Of a stretch of DNA of 62,042 nucleotides, positions 1 to 9,090 are shown piece after piece (within the stretch, counting starts at the first letter, position 1; every line of letters begins with the position of its first letter). The notes under the pieces were generated by a model that saw only the letters and a list, made by a program, of their open reading frames with translations, was not told the DNA's origin and did not search any database. Position numbers and translations under genes: made by a program. This DNA is from Verrucomicrobiota bacterium (GTDB lineage: Bacteria > Verrucomicrobiota > Verrucomicrobiia > Limisphaerales > MWDV01): positions 1 through 62,042 of the forward strand of contig DAONTI010000028.1 of NCBI GenBank assembly GCA_035411585.1, read 5' to 3'.

Positions 1-364
1 ACGTGCGGGTGCGCGGGTCCAGGCCGGGCAGGCGGCGGACCTTGTTCCAGAGATCAAACTGTTGGGCCAACGCTTCGAGGGCTGGCAGCCCGCCCAGAGT
101 GGACTGCCGCCGGGCCGGGACAAATTGGAAGCGAAGTTTAGGTGATCGTTTGCGATAGCAGGGCATGGAGTTAGAAACCCTCCCGCAGCCGATTCGTTCA
201 ATCTTTCTGTCAAAAACTTCACCCGCCGGTGCATCCCCCAAAGCATACGCTAATGTCTGGGGTAAAAATTCCCCCCGACGAAGGCCGGGATATTTTTCAC
301 CCGCCGCGCGAAAAAAACCGGGAGAAAAGGCATTTTCCCCCGCCCGGTCGCAACGCGGCGGCGG

Positions 365-1825
365 CTATTCATTGTGGGGAATCTTGATGGTGCTCCCGCC
401 GATGAATTCCCGAATGACCGCATCCCCGGGAATCACCTCGCACGCGACCGCCTCCGGCACCCCGGCCACCGATTCCAGCAGCCGCTTCACGCGTTCGTAA
501 CGAATGCGCGCATCCAGGAAGCCGGCGTATGGCGTAAAATCCTCCGGCGCCGGCAAGTGGCCCTCGGCGCCGATGAAATACGGTTGCAGAAGGGGCAGAT
601 CAAAGGGGAAGCCGCCGTTCACCACGTAATCCGCCAGACCTCGCAGTGGAATGATGCTGAACAATTCCCCCGCCCGGACGTAGTGCCAGTGCAGCAGGGT
701 CAGCAGGGGCCGGTGCGCCCGGTGTTTCATGTCACGCAACATCCGCCGCACCAAGCGCACGTCGGTGAACTTGACCAGCCGTTGACTGGTACCATCGCCT
801 TCGTAAAGCGGATTCAGGGTTTCGATATAAAGCCGGAACTGCGCCCGCGCCTCAATGCCTTCCGTGAGCGGCGGATACAATCCGTGCAGACAATCGAGCA
901 GCAGAATCTGCCCCGGCTCCAACCGCACGGGCTTGCTGCCCACCCGGCGGCCTTCTTTGAAGCTGTAAATCGGCTTGTCAATGGTCCGGCCCGCCAGCAG
1001 GTCGGTGAGATGCCGGTTGAGCAACTGGATGTCCAGCGCCTCGGGCGTTTCGTAGTTGCGATCGTTGATCCAGTCGGTCGGATGCTCCACCAAGGACCAG
1101 AAATAATCGTCCAGATTGAGCATCAAAAAGCGCAACCCCTGGCGCTCCAAGCGCTCGGTCAGCTTGACGGTCGTGGTCGTTTTGCCGGATGAACTCGGCC
1201 CGCTGATCCACATCATGCGCAGGGGATCGCCCGCGTGGAGCCGCGCCATGACTTTCCCGGCTGCCTCGTCCAGGGAGGCTTCGTAAACGGCCAGGGATTC
1301 TTCCACCAACGGACGCAGCCGGCCGCCGCAGATGATTTCATTCAACCCCGCCACCGTGTCGCAGCTGCGTTGCTGATTCCAAGCCAGCGCCGCTTGGATT
1401 TGTTCTTCCGGAAAACCATTCCCCACGAATTGTTCGGGTGCGATTTCCCCCAGGCGCAGCCAATGCCGTCCCCACCGGTAACATTCGTAAGCGTCCGCGG
1501 TGTTTTGAAAACCGTAACTCCGCAGGACGTGCAACACGTCGTCCTGAATAACCTCGATCGTGGGCGGGAAATTGGTGATGAGATGATGCGGGTCGGCGTT
1601 GAGCGACACCACCACCGCCTCGGCCAGAAATTCCGCGAGCGACTCGCCATCGCCGTAAGCGTCAAACAACCGGCCGTTGATGGCCGGCAAATGATCCTGT
1701 CCAAAACCGCCAATGGATTGCGCCGCCTTCAGAATCGCCCGGCGGATGCGGTCGCCATCGAACGTGACGAGCGCGCGATTGCGTTTCTGAATTTTGACGA
1801 TGCGGTTTTGAACAGCCATAAGCAA
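365..1825 (-). CDS. ATP-cone domain fused to a uridine kinase/phosphoribulokinase-family P-loop nucleoside kinase, with a C-terminal domain of unknown function
   Basis: The N-terminus MLMAVQNRIVKIQKRNRALVTFDGDRIRRAILKA resembles the ATP-cone of NrdR and ribonucleotide reductases. The central Walker A, ISGPSSSGKTTTTVKL, is followed by LNLDDYF, which fits the Udk/PRK family. The clean 486-aa ORF is on the correct strand of a dense region. Confidence 0.6.
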   Translation of the reverse strand: MLMAVQNRIVKIQKRNRALVTFDGDRIRRAILKAAQSIGGFGQDHLPAINGRLFDAYGDGESLAEFLAEAVVVSLNADPHHLITNFPPTIEVIQDDVLHVLRSYGFQNTADAYECYRWGRHWLRLGEIAPEQFVGNGFPEEQIQAALAWNQQRSCDTVAGLNEIICGGRLRPLVEESLAVYEASLDEAAGKVMARLHAGDPLRMMWISGPSSSGKTTTTVKLTERLERQGLRFLMLNLDDYFWSLVEHPTDWINDRNYETPEALDIQLLNRHLTDLLAGRTIDKPIYSFKEGRRVGSKPVRLEPGQILLLDCLHGLYPPLTEGIEARAQFRLYIETLNPLYEGDGTSQRLVKFTDVRLVRRMLRDMKHRAHRPLLTLLHWHYVRAGELFSIIPLRGLADYVVNGGFPFDLPLLQPYFIGAEGHLPAPEDFTPYAGFLDARIRYERVKRLLESVAGVPEAVACEVIPGDAVIREFIGGSTIKIPHNE

Positions 1826-2322
1826 ACCGAGGCTAGCACAGCGCCCCGCGACGTGCCAGCGGGTTTCCTGAAGAACGACCGGTTATGCGCTGGCGAAAAA
1901 AGTTGATTCAGCACCGGCTTGATCATCCGAAGCCCTGCGGAATGGTGGCAACGCCGCCTTCTGCTTTTAGATTGCCCTCAAACGTGAGCTCTCATTTTCG
2001 CATCAAAACCCCCATTTATTCGTAAATATTTGCAATGAAGAGGGTTGCCGCTTGGCAAGCGTGTCGAAAAATCGTTGGATTTGCCCGGTTTACCAAGCAG
2101 AAGTAACTCAAATCGGGTTTCGTCCGCCAATTTACAGGGCAACCTAACCGGCATGAGATAGCAGGGCCTTTTGTCCGGCCCCGCGGCAGAAAAGCCAAGT
2201 GGAAGCGCATCCGGCAAGGCAATGAAGCATCCTCGCCAACCGGGCGGCGATCCGGTAAAAGGCGGGTCTGCACCCGTATTTCGATTGCGTCGGCAGCCAG
2301 CATTTTTTTCTCGAAAAATTGG

Positions 2323-2350
2323 TTGACAAGGTTGTTCAGGGGCTTAGACT
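2323..2350 (+). promoter_or_regulatory. Putative sigma70-type promoter: -35 TTGACA (2323-2328), 16-nt spacer, -10 TAGACT (2345-2350)
   Basis: Seen directly in sequence. The element lies about 40 nt upstream of an AGGAG Shine-Dalgarno (2379-2383) and the ATG at 2389. Confidence 0.35.
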
Positions 2351-2388
2351 TGCGCGTAGAAAGTGAACTTTTTAGATCAGGAGCACAT

Positions 2389-3168
2389 ATGAAAAAATTG
2401 GCTACTTTGATTCCGACAGCCGTCGTCGCTGGTCTGGCACTGGCATTTGCGTTCAGCGTTGCGGCACAACCCCAACAGGTCACAGCCAAGGTAACCCGGA
2501 TAAATGGGTCAGCCCGCTACAGCACGGACGCGGCGAATTGGATGCCGCTCAAGGTAGGCATGGAACTCGGCAGTGGCACCGTGATCCAGACCGCCGCCGG
2601 TTCGATTGTGGACTTGGTTTTGGGCGACTTGGATGTGGTGGCCCAGCCCACTCCCAAAGTTGGCGACACCCTCAGCTATCAGCCGATGGCCGAGCAGGAC
2701 GCCCTGCGGCTTTACGGGGACACCGTGCTGGCCTTGGACAAGATGACGGCGCTCAAGACCGGCATGGACGAAGTGCGCGAGACCCAGCTTGATCTGCGCG
2801 CGGGCAAGCTCTTCGGCAAGGTGAAGAAACTTTCGCCTGCGTCCAAATACGAAGTCAAACTGCCCAATGGCGTGGCCGGGATTCGCGGCACGATTTATTC
2901 CATCACCGCGCAGGGTATTGTTTCCGTGTTGGAAGGCACGGTCGTGCTCGCTTACGTGGGTGCGGACGGCACGGTTGTCACCCAGGTGATCAATGCGGGA
3001 TACCAGTTTAACGTGGGAACGGGGCAGTTGATCCCGCTTCCGGCGATTGAGCAACGCGAATTGGCCTCGGCCGCAGGAGAAATCGTCGCCGTGCCGGGTC
3101 TGATCTCGGAGCCGACCGTCATTACGGTGGACCAAAATCAGTACTTCATTTCGCCCGTGTCCGACTAG
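2389..3168 (+). CDS. Secreted FecR-domain protein with a signal peptide
   Basis: The start was moved to MKKLATLIPTAVVAGLALAFAFSVAAQ, a typical Sec signal peptide with AGGAG placed 5 nt upstream. The central region YEVKLPNGVAGIRGTIYSI...VSVLEGTVVL matches the FecR pattern of beta-strand repeats. Confidence 0.55.
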   Translation: MKKLATLIPTAVVAGLALAFAFSVAAQPQQVTAKVTRINGSARYSTDAANWMPLKVGMELGSGTVIQTAAGSIVDLVLGDLDVVAQPTPKVGDTLSYQPMAEQDALRLYGDTVLALDKMTALKTGMDEVRETQLDLRAGKLFGKVKKLSPASKYEVKLPNGVAGIRGTIYSITAQGIVSVLEGTVVLAYVGADGTVVTQVINAGYQFNVGTGQLIPLPAIEQRELASAAGEIVAVPGLISEPTVITVDQNQYFISPVSD

Positions 3169-3200
3169 GACCGATTGGTTGACAAAACACTGGTCTTTCC

Positions 3201-3237
3201 GGCCAGAGCAGCCTTGAGTTGCTCTGGCCTTTTTGTT
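3201..3237 (+). terminator. Rho-independent terminator
   Basis: A perfect 10-bp stem, GGCCAGAGCA...TGCTCTGGCC, encloses a 9-nt loop and is followed by TTTTTGTTT. It lies 33 nt after the stop of the FecR-like gene. Confidence 0.6.
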
Positions 3238-3249
3238 TAGTTCGCCCGC

Positions 3250-5499
3250 GTGAGACGCCGCTTAACCTGTCTCTTTCCCGTACTGATCGCCGCCGGCGTG
3301 GCGACGTTGCTGATTGGGGCCGCCGCCGGACGGCTGGAATTGGTGGAGCGTATTGAGGCGATCACGTTTGACTGGCGCGTGCGCCTGGCGCAACACCAGG
3401 CATCGGCACCGGCGGAATCGCTGGGATTCGTTTACATCAACGACGCCACGATTGACGCGCTCAAGAACCGGTCGTTGGGATTCAGCTACGGCCTTTATTG
3501 GCCGCGCCATATTTACGGACGGGTCTTGCGTGAATTGGAGCGGCAGGGGGCGCGGGCGGTGGCCTTTGACGTGTTGTTCGGTGAATTGCGGGAGGATCAT
3601 GCCCCGGTTCAATTTGCCGGCCAGCCGCCCATCGAATCCGACGAATTTTTCGCCCAACAAATCCGTGCGGCCGGCAACGTGATTTTGGCCGCCGACCGGG
3701 GAATCTTGCCGCCGCCGTTGCTGGCGACGAATGCGTATGCGCTGGGAGACATCTCGGCGGAAAAAGATCCCGATGGCGTGCTGCGCCGGGCCCGGGCATT
3801 TCAGCTTTATCGCCAGTGGCATCCGCTTTTTCTCCAGGCGGAAGCGGAATACGGAGTGAACCTGGCCGAGGCCCGCATCGAGCCCAACCGCATTCTTCTC
3901 TCCCTGCCCGATGGCTCGTCCCTACCCGTTCAACTGGATGAGCACGGCAATTTTTCGGTGGCCGATTTCATCGGGGACAATCTCCCGCCCGGAATGCCGG
4001 CACGCGCCAAGCCCTTCACCGATCAACGGGTCTGGCACATGGGTATTGTGCTGGCGGCGCGCGCGCTGCAACTGGATCTGGCGAAAGCCACGGTGGATTT
4101 GGCGGACGGGCGCATCACTTTGCCAAGCAATGATGGTGCGCAACGCGTGATCCCTGTGGATCGGGAGGGATACTTCTTCATTGATTGGTCGCTCAAAGCC
4201 TTTGACTCGCGCATGACGGCGCAAAATTTTGCCGACTTGTTGCGCCGGGACCGCGATTGGGCGCGCGGCCAGACCAACGATATTCCGGCGCTCTGGAAGG
4301 AGAAGCTCGTGGTTATCGGCTCCACTGCCACCGGAAACGACCTGACAGATTTAGGAGCGACGCCATTGGAAAAAGAAACCTTCCTCCTCAGCAAACATTG
4401 GAACGTGGCCCACGCCATCTTGAACAACCGGTTCATCCGCCGCCTCACCCTTGCCGAGGAAATCGCGGGATTAATCCTGCTCGGCGCGCTCGCCACCGGA
4501 CTAACACTCTGGCTGCGTTCGCCCTGGTCCTCGTTGGCGGTGACAACAGCCGGTGTGGTTTATCTGGGACTGGCGGTGTGGGTTTATCTGGCAGCCCGGT
4601 GGTGGCTGCCGCTGGTGTTACCGTTGGTGGGCGGATTGGCACTGACGCATGGCAGCGTACTGGCTTACCAGGCCTTTTTTGAGCAGCGGGAAAAACGACA
4701 CATCAAGTCGGTCTTCAGCAAGTTGGTTTCCCCCAACGTGGTCAATGAACTGCTGCGCTCCCAGAATCTATCGCTCAGCGGCGCGCGCCGCGAAGTGACG
4801 GTCTTTTTTGCCGATGTGCGCGGATTCACTGCGTTGACCGATCAAAGCCAGGAACGGGCTGAGCAATACGTCCGGGAACATCAACTGACCGGGGAAGCCG
4901 CCGAAGCCTGCTACGCGAATCAAGCCGGCGAAATTCTGGCCACAGTCAATTTATATCTGGCCCAAGTGGCGGACATGGTCATCAAACATGACGGCACTCT
5001 CGACAAATACATCGGGGATTGTGTCATGGCGTTCTGGGGCGCGCCCACGTTCTCCCCGCATCACGCGCGGGCTTGCGTGCGCGCGGCGGTGGATGCCCAA
5101 CGCGCCATCCACGAACTCAACCAACGCCGCCAGGCCGAGAACCAAGCCCGCGAGGCGGAAAATATCCGTCGTGCCAGCCGCGGTCAGCCGCCGCTGCCGT
5201 TGCGTCCGCTTCTCGCCTTGGGGACCGGCATTAATACGGGTGTGGTCACTGTGGGATTGATGGGATCAGAACAACACCTGCGCAACTATACCGTGTTTGG
5301 ACGCGAGGTGAATCTGGCCAGTCGCTTGGAGGGGATTTCCGGACGCGGTCGTATTGTCATCAGTGAAGCGACCTACCGCCACCTAGAGCGGGATGCCCCC
5401 GCGCTCGCCGCCACTTGCGTCGCCCTGCCGCCGGTTGCCGTGAAAGGCATCCGGGCCGCGGTAAGCGTTTACGAAGTCCCGTGGCAACAACCCGCTTGA
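3250..5499 (+). CDS. CHASE2 sensor-domain class III adenylate/guanylate cyclase
   Basis: An N-terminal TM is followed by a large extracytoplasmic region and a cluster of TM helices (residues about 400-470), which is CHASE2 topology. The C-terminal catalytic core carries the class III cyclase motifs VTVFFADVRGFTALTD and GDCVMAFWGAP. Confidence 0.8.
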   Translation: MRRRLTCLFPVLIAAGVATLLIGAAAGRLELVERIEAITFDWRVRLAQHQASAPAESLGFVYINDATIDALKNRSLGFSYGLYWPRHIYGRVLRELERQGARAVAFDVLFGELREDHAPVQFAGQPPIESDEFFAQQIRAAGNVILAADRGILPPPLLATNAYALGDISAEKDPDGVLRRARAFQLYRQWHPLFLQAEAEYGVNLAEARIEPNRILLSLPDGSSLPVQLDEHGNFSVADFIGDNLPPGMPARAKPFTDQRVWHMGIVLAARALQLDLAKATVDLADGRITLPSNDGAQRVIPVDREGYFFIDWSLKAFDSRMTAQNFADLLRRDRDWARGQTNDIPALWKEKLVVIGSTATGNDLTDLGATPLEKETFLLSKHWNVAHAILNNRFIRRLTLAEEIAGLILLGALATGLTLWLRSPWSSLAVTTAGVVYLGLAVWVYLAARWWLPLVLPLVGGLALTHGSVLAYQAFFEQREKRHIKSVFSKLVSPNVVNELLRSQNLSLSGARREVTVFFADVRGFTALTDQSQERAEQYVREHQLTGEAAEACYANQAGEILATVNLYLAQVADMVIKHDGTLDKYIGDCVMAFWGAPTFSPHHARACVRAAVDAQRAIHELNQRRQAENQAREAENIRRASRGQPPLPLRPLLALGTGINTGVVTVGLMGSEQHLRNYTVFGREVNLASRLEGISGRGRIVISEATYRHLERDAPALAATCVALPPVAVKGIRAAVSVYEVPWQQPA

Positions 5500-5583
5500 G
5501 TTTGGATTTCCCGATCCAACCTCTTTCGACAAAAACACCATCGTCCGGCGACGATCAAAAAAGTGCGCCCACGACGCCGGGCT

Positions 5584-6510
5584 TCAGCTCAGCGCTTTGA
5601 CTGTGGCTTCCAAGCTGGCGAGGTCAGCCACGTTGAACAGTTGCACCTCTTTGGTAATGCGTTTCATAAACCCACTCAGGGCGGTACCGGGGCCGAACTC
5701 GATGAAGCGGGTGAAGCCTTGCGCCACCAGATAACGCATGGATTCCTCCCAACGCACCGGGGCGGTGACTTGTTCAACCAAGCGCGCGCGGATGGCGTCG
5801 GGGTCGGTGTGGGGTTGGGCGGTGACGTTGGAAATGACCGGCATTATCGGCGCGGAAAATGTCACGCTCGCCAGTTCGGCCTGTAACTTGGGCTGCGCGC
5901 TGGCCATGAGCGGCGAATGGTACGCGCCGGCCACCACCAGGGGAATGGCGCGTTTGGCACCCTTGGCTTTGGCGAGTTCAACCGCCTGTTCAATTCGATT
6001 GGCTTCCCCGGAGATGACGATCTGCCCGGGGCAATTCAGGTTGGCCAGCGAAACCCCGGCTTCGGCGCACACCTCGCGGGTAGGCGCTTCATCCAAACCA
6101 ATAACCGCCGCCATGCCTCCCTGGGTGACATCACAAGCCTCCTGCATGAATCGGCCGCGTTGACGCACCACCCGCAGACCGTCTTCAAACGACATCACCC
6201 CGGCGGCGGTCAGGGCGGTGAATTCGCCCAACGACAATCCCGCCGCCGCCGCGCCGGACAACGCCGGCACGCGTTCCTTGAGCAGTGCCAGGGCCAACCA
6301 GCTCACAAGAAAGATGCCTGGCTGGGCGTGCTCGGTTTTTGTCAGTTCAGCTTCCGGGCCGTCGAAACAAATGGCGCTCAGGTCATATCCCAGCGCGGTG
6401 TTCGCGCGGTCAAACCACGCGCGACTGGAGGGAAACGCCGCGGCAAAATCTTTGCCCATGCCCACAACCTGCGCCCCCTGCCCGGCAAACAACAATGCAG
6501 TTTTGCTCAT
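5584..6510 (-). CDS. fabD: Malonyl-CoA:ACP transacylase
   Basis: The N-terminus LLFAGQGAQVVGMG and the active-site motif GLSLGEF (the FabD GHSLGE nucleophile elbow) are present. Length is 308 aa. Confidence 0.9.
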   Translation of the reverse strand: MSKTALLFAGQGAQVVGMGKDFAAAFPSSRAWFDRANTALGYDLSAICFDGPEAELTKTEHAQPGIFLVSWLALALLKERVPALSGAAAAGLSLGEFTALTAAGVMSFEDGLRVVRQRGRFMQEACDVTQGGMAAVIGLDEAPTREVCAEAGVSLANLNCPGQIVISGEANRIEQAVELAKAKGAKRAIPLVVAGAYHSPLMASAQPKLQAELASVTFSAPIMPVISNVTAQPHTDPDAIRARLVEQVTAPVRWEESMRYLVAQGFTRFIEFGPGTALSGFMKRITKEVQLFNVADLASLEATVKALS

Positions 6511-6680
6511 AACAAAGGCCAGCTAACCACGAACGACCGGCAGAAGAAAGCCCGGAGAAAACGTTGGTATCAGCGACCGCGCGCGCCTGGCCCGCACCCG
6601 TCATCCGAGTGAAGCCGGCCAGCGACCGATTGACCGGGAAGAACCCGATCGGGCCGGCGCAATTCCCGCGCGGCGGCGTT

Positions 6681-7475
6681 TCAGGATTTTCCCCGTACTG
6701 CCTGCAACCAAAAATACGCCATCAACGAAGCCCCGGCGGAACTGGGATGCACGCCGTCCTTCGCCCAATGATCCGGCGGGGCAAATTTGATCGCTTCATC
6801 GAACATGGATTGAAACGGAACGAACACGGCTTGGTGCCGGTCGGCCACGCGCCGGGCGGCGGCGCGATACCGGTCAAACTCGGGGAACCACCGGTCATTC
6901 ACCGCGCCGCAGCGCAAGACAAAGGGTTCGCAGATGACCAGTTTCACGCGGGGCAACGCACGGCGGGTGCGTTCCACCAAGGCTTGATAATCGCGCTCGT
7001 AAATCTCCACGGTCCCGTTGTAACCGATCCGGGGATCGAGCGTGTGCCAGAGATCGTTGACGCCGACCAAAATGCTCAACACATCCGGTTGCAAGGCGAG
7101 GCAATCGGTTGTCCACCGTTCTGCGAGTTGGAACACCTTGTTCCCGCTGATCCCGCGATTGTAAATCTTGAATCCGGCGGCGGACTGACTCACCAGCAGT
7201 GCCGCCGCCGCCAAGCTGGCGTAGCCCGACCCCAACGCCGGGGACTGATTGGGCTGGGCGGTGAGCGCCGGATCCCGACTGCGCCCCGCATCGGTGATGG
7301 AGTCCCCTTGGAAAAGGATCACAGCCCCTTGGGTCATCCCGGATGACGACGAATCTTGGAGACTCCGGCAGGCGGAGGCCAGACCGGCGACACTGGCGGC
7401 GCCCAGAGCGGCGCCCGAAGTTTTCAGAAAACCGCGACGATTCAGAGCATGGGTTTCAACCGTTTGGTGCTTCAT
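6681..7475 (-). CDS. Tat-exported SGNH/GDSL hydrolase
   Basis: The twin-arginine signal NRRGFLKTSGAALGAA is followed by ILFQGDSITDAGRS (GDSL block I), and a DxxH block lies near the C-terminus. Confidence 0.75.
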   Translation of the reverse strand: MKHQTVETHALNRRGFLKTSGAALGAASVAGLASACRSLQDSSSSGMTQGAVILFQGDSITDAGRSRDPALTAQPNQSPALGSGYASLAAAALLVSQSAAGFKIYNRGISGNKVFQLAERWTTDCLALQPDVLSILVGVNDLWHTLDPRIGYNGTVEIYERDYQALVERTRRALPRVKLVICEPFVLRCGAVNDRWFPEFDRYRAAARRVADRHQAVFVPFQSMFDEAIKFAPPDHWAKDGVHPSSAGASLMAYFWLQAVRGKS

Positions 7476-7617
7476 GGTGCGCTTACCATAACAGGACCTC
7501 CGACCATCGGAAGCCTCAAATTGACTTCAACCCGACCGCGTCGCGAGCAGGCAGCACCGGGCGAAATTGGGCAGGGAGAGCCCGAATGGAGAAGCGCCGA
7601 AAACCGATGTGAATGTG

Positions 7618-7650
7618 GAAAAATCCGGCGTGCCCCAAGCACAAAGGCAC
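7618..7650 (-). terminator. Possible terminator downstream of tRNA-Pro
   Basis: On the minus strand a GTGCC / GGCAC hairpin (5-bp GC-rich stem, 13-nt loop) is followed by TTTTT. The stem is weak. Confidence 0.3.
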
Positions 7651-7690
7651 ATTGACCGGGTCATTCGTCTCCGCCCTCCGAATGAGTCAA

Positions 7691-7767
7691 TGGTCGGAGC
7701 GACAGGATTTGAACCTGCGACATCCAGCTCCCAAAGCTGGCGCTCTACCAAGCTGAGCTACGCTCCG
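7691..7767 (-). tRNA. tRNA-Pro (anticodon UGG), with an encoded CCA
   Basis: The reverse complement gives CGGAGCGTAGCTCAGCTTGGTAGAGCGCCAGCTTTGGGAGCTGGATGTCGCAGGTTCAAATCCTGTCGCTCCGACCA. It has a 7-bp acceptor stem (CGGAGCG/CGCTCCG), a D-loop AGCTCAGCTTGGTAGAGC, an anticodon stem CCAGC/GCTGG around the loop TTTGGGA (anticodon TGG), and a T-arm GGTTCAAATCC. Confidence 0.85.
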
Positions 7768-7837
7768 ATACCGGGGGGCATGATGTCACCCCGGCGGGGG
7801 CAGGCAAGCTTTTCCCGGCTTTACGCCTCCCCAACCC

Positions 7838-9085
7838 GTGCTAAAGTGGTGCGGTATGCCAAACCCAGCTCCCGCAACGCCGCAACGAGTGAATCTGCGC
7901 CGTCCCGACATCATGGCGGCGGTGCAGGCGCAGGTGCTTTCCCATTACCGGAGCGAATTGGTGGATCGCATCCGGGCCACCGGCAACGTGTTGTCTGCCG
8001 ACCAATTGACCATCAAGCTCGCCAAGGAATTCGGTTTCTGCTACGGCGTCGAGCGGGCTATTGACCTGGCGTATGCGGCCCGCCGGGCGTTTCCCGAACA
8101 ACGCATTTTCCTGTTGGGAGAGATCATCCACAACCCGGAGGTCAACGATCAGATTCGCGCGCTGGGCATTGTGAGCATTTCCCCCAAACCCACCGACGCG
8201 GAACTGGCGGGTCTGCAACTCACCGCCGAGGATGTCGTGCTGATTCCGGCCTTCGGCACGGAAGTAGGAACACGCCAGAAACTGGAAGCCAGCGGCTGCC
8301 GGCTGGTGGATACCACCTGTGGCGACGTGATGAGCGTCTGGAAACGCGTGCGGCAATATGCCCGGGAGAACGTCACCAGCATCATCCACGGCAAGGCGCG
8401 GCACGAGGAAACCAAAGCGACCACGTCACAGGCCACGGCCACCGGCACCGGTCATTATCTGGTTGTGTATAACCTCGAGGAAACCGATTACATCTGCGAT
8501 TACATCGTGCGGGGCGGCGACAAGGCCGCGTTGCTGGAAAAATTCAAGGGCGCGTATTCCGAGGGCTTCGATCCGGACCGGCATCTGCGGGCTGTCGGGG
8601 TGGCGAATCAGACCACCATGTTGCGCGGGGAAACCGAGGAGGTGCAACGGCGCCTCCAGCAGGCCATGATCCAGAAATACGGCGCCGCCCATCTAAACCA
8701 GCATTTCCGTTTTTTCGACACCATCTGCGGCGCCACCCAGGACCGGCAGGAGGCGCTGGGAAAACTCCTGCGCGAACCGCTCGATCTGCTGTTGGTGGTG
8801 GGCGGCTACAATTCCTCAAACACGTCGCACCTGGCGGAAATGGGCGAGGCCAGGCTGCCCACATATTTCATCAAAAACGCCGGCAAGATGCGGAGCGAAG
8901 CCTTGATCCTCCATTACAATTTGCATCAGCAACGCGAGGTGGAAACTCGCGATTGGCTGCCGGCGGGGCCGGTCACCGTCGGGATCACCGCCGGCGCGTC
9001 CTGCCCCAATAATCTTATCGAAGACGTCATCCGCCGCTTGTTTGAATTGCGCGGGATTTCCGTGCAACAGTTGCTGGCGAACTGA
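7838..9085 (+). CDS. ispH: 4-hydroxy-3-methylbut-2-enyl diphosphate reductase, long plant/cyanobacterial-type form with an N-terminal extension
   Basis: AKEFGFCYGVERAI corresponds to the IspH GFCxGVxRAI motif, and the conserved Cys-containing blocks follow. The start is uncertain, with in-frame ATGs at 7838, 7856 and 7913. Confidence 0.85.
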   Translation: MLKWCGMPNPAPATPQRVNLRRPDIMAAVQAQVLSHYRSELVDRIRATGNVLSADQLTIKLAKEFGFCYGVERAIDLAYAARRAFPEQRIFLLGEIIHNPEVNDQIRALGIVSISPKPTDAELAGLQLTAEDVVLIPAFGTEVGTRQKLEASGCRLVDTTCGDVMSVWKRVRQYARENVTSIIHGKARHEETKATTSQATATGTGHYLVVYNLEETDYICDYIVRGGDKAALLEKFKGAYSEGFDPDRHLRAVGVANQTTMLRGETEEVQRRLQQAMIQKYGAAHLNQHFRFFDTICGATQDRQEALGKLLREPLDLLLVVGGYNSSNTSHLAEMGEARLPTYFIKNAGKMRSEALILHYNLHQQREVETRDWLPAGPVTVGITAGASCPNNLIEDVIRRLFELRGISVQQLLAN

Positions 9086-9090
9086 CGCCG

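Noticed and set aside
1930-2320. Lower-GC divergent intergenic region as a candidate structured ncRNA (RNase P / SRP / 6S / riboswitch)
   Set aside because: I could not find any of the conserved RNase P, 4.5S or common riboswitch core motifs by eye. It is most likely just a divergent promoter region. An Infernal/Rfam scan would be needed to be sure.
5500-5583. Hairpin ATCGTC-CGGC-GACGAT between the convergent cyclase and fabD genes as a terminator
   Set aside because: A 6-bp stem is present, but the adjacent A/T tract is on the wrong side for either strand, so the order is T-tract then hairpin. It is not a convincing intrinsic terminator.
7691-7767. tRNA-Pro as a possible genomic-island integration site
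   Set aside because: No integrase, direct repeat of the tRNA 3' end, or compositional shift is seen on either side. The flanking genes (GDSL hydrolase, ispH) are housekeeping or core-like.
7567-8064. 165-aa plus-strand ORF and 74-aa minus-strand ORF overlapping the tRNA-Pro locus
   Set aside because: They overlap a confidently folded tRNA and the ispH start region, and their composition is not protein-like.
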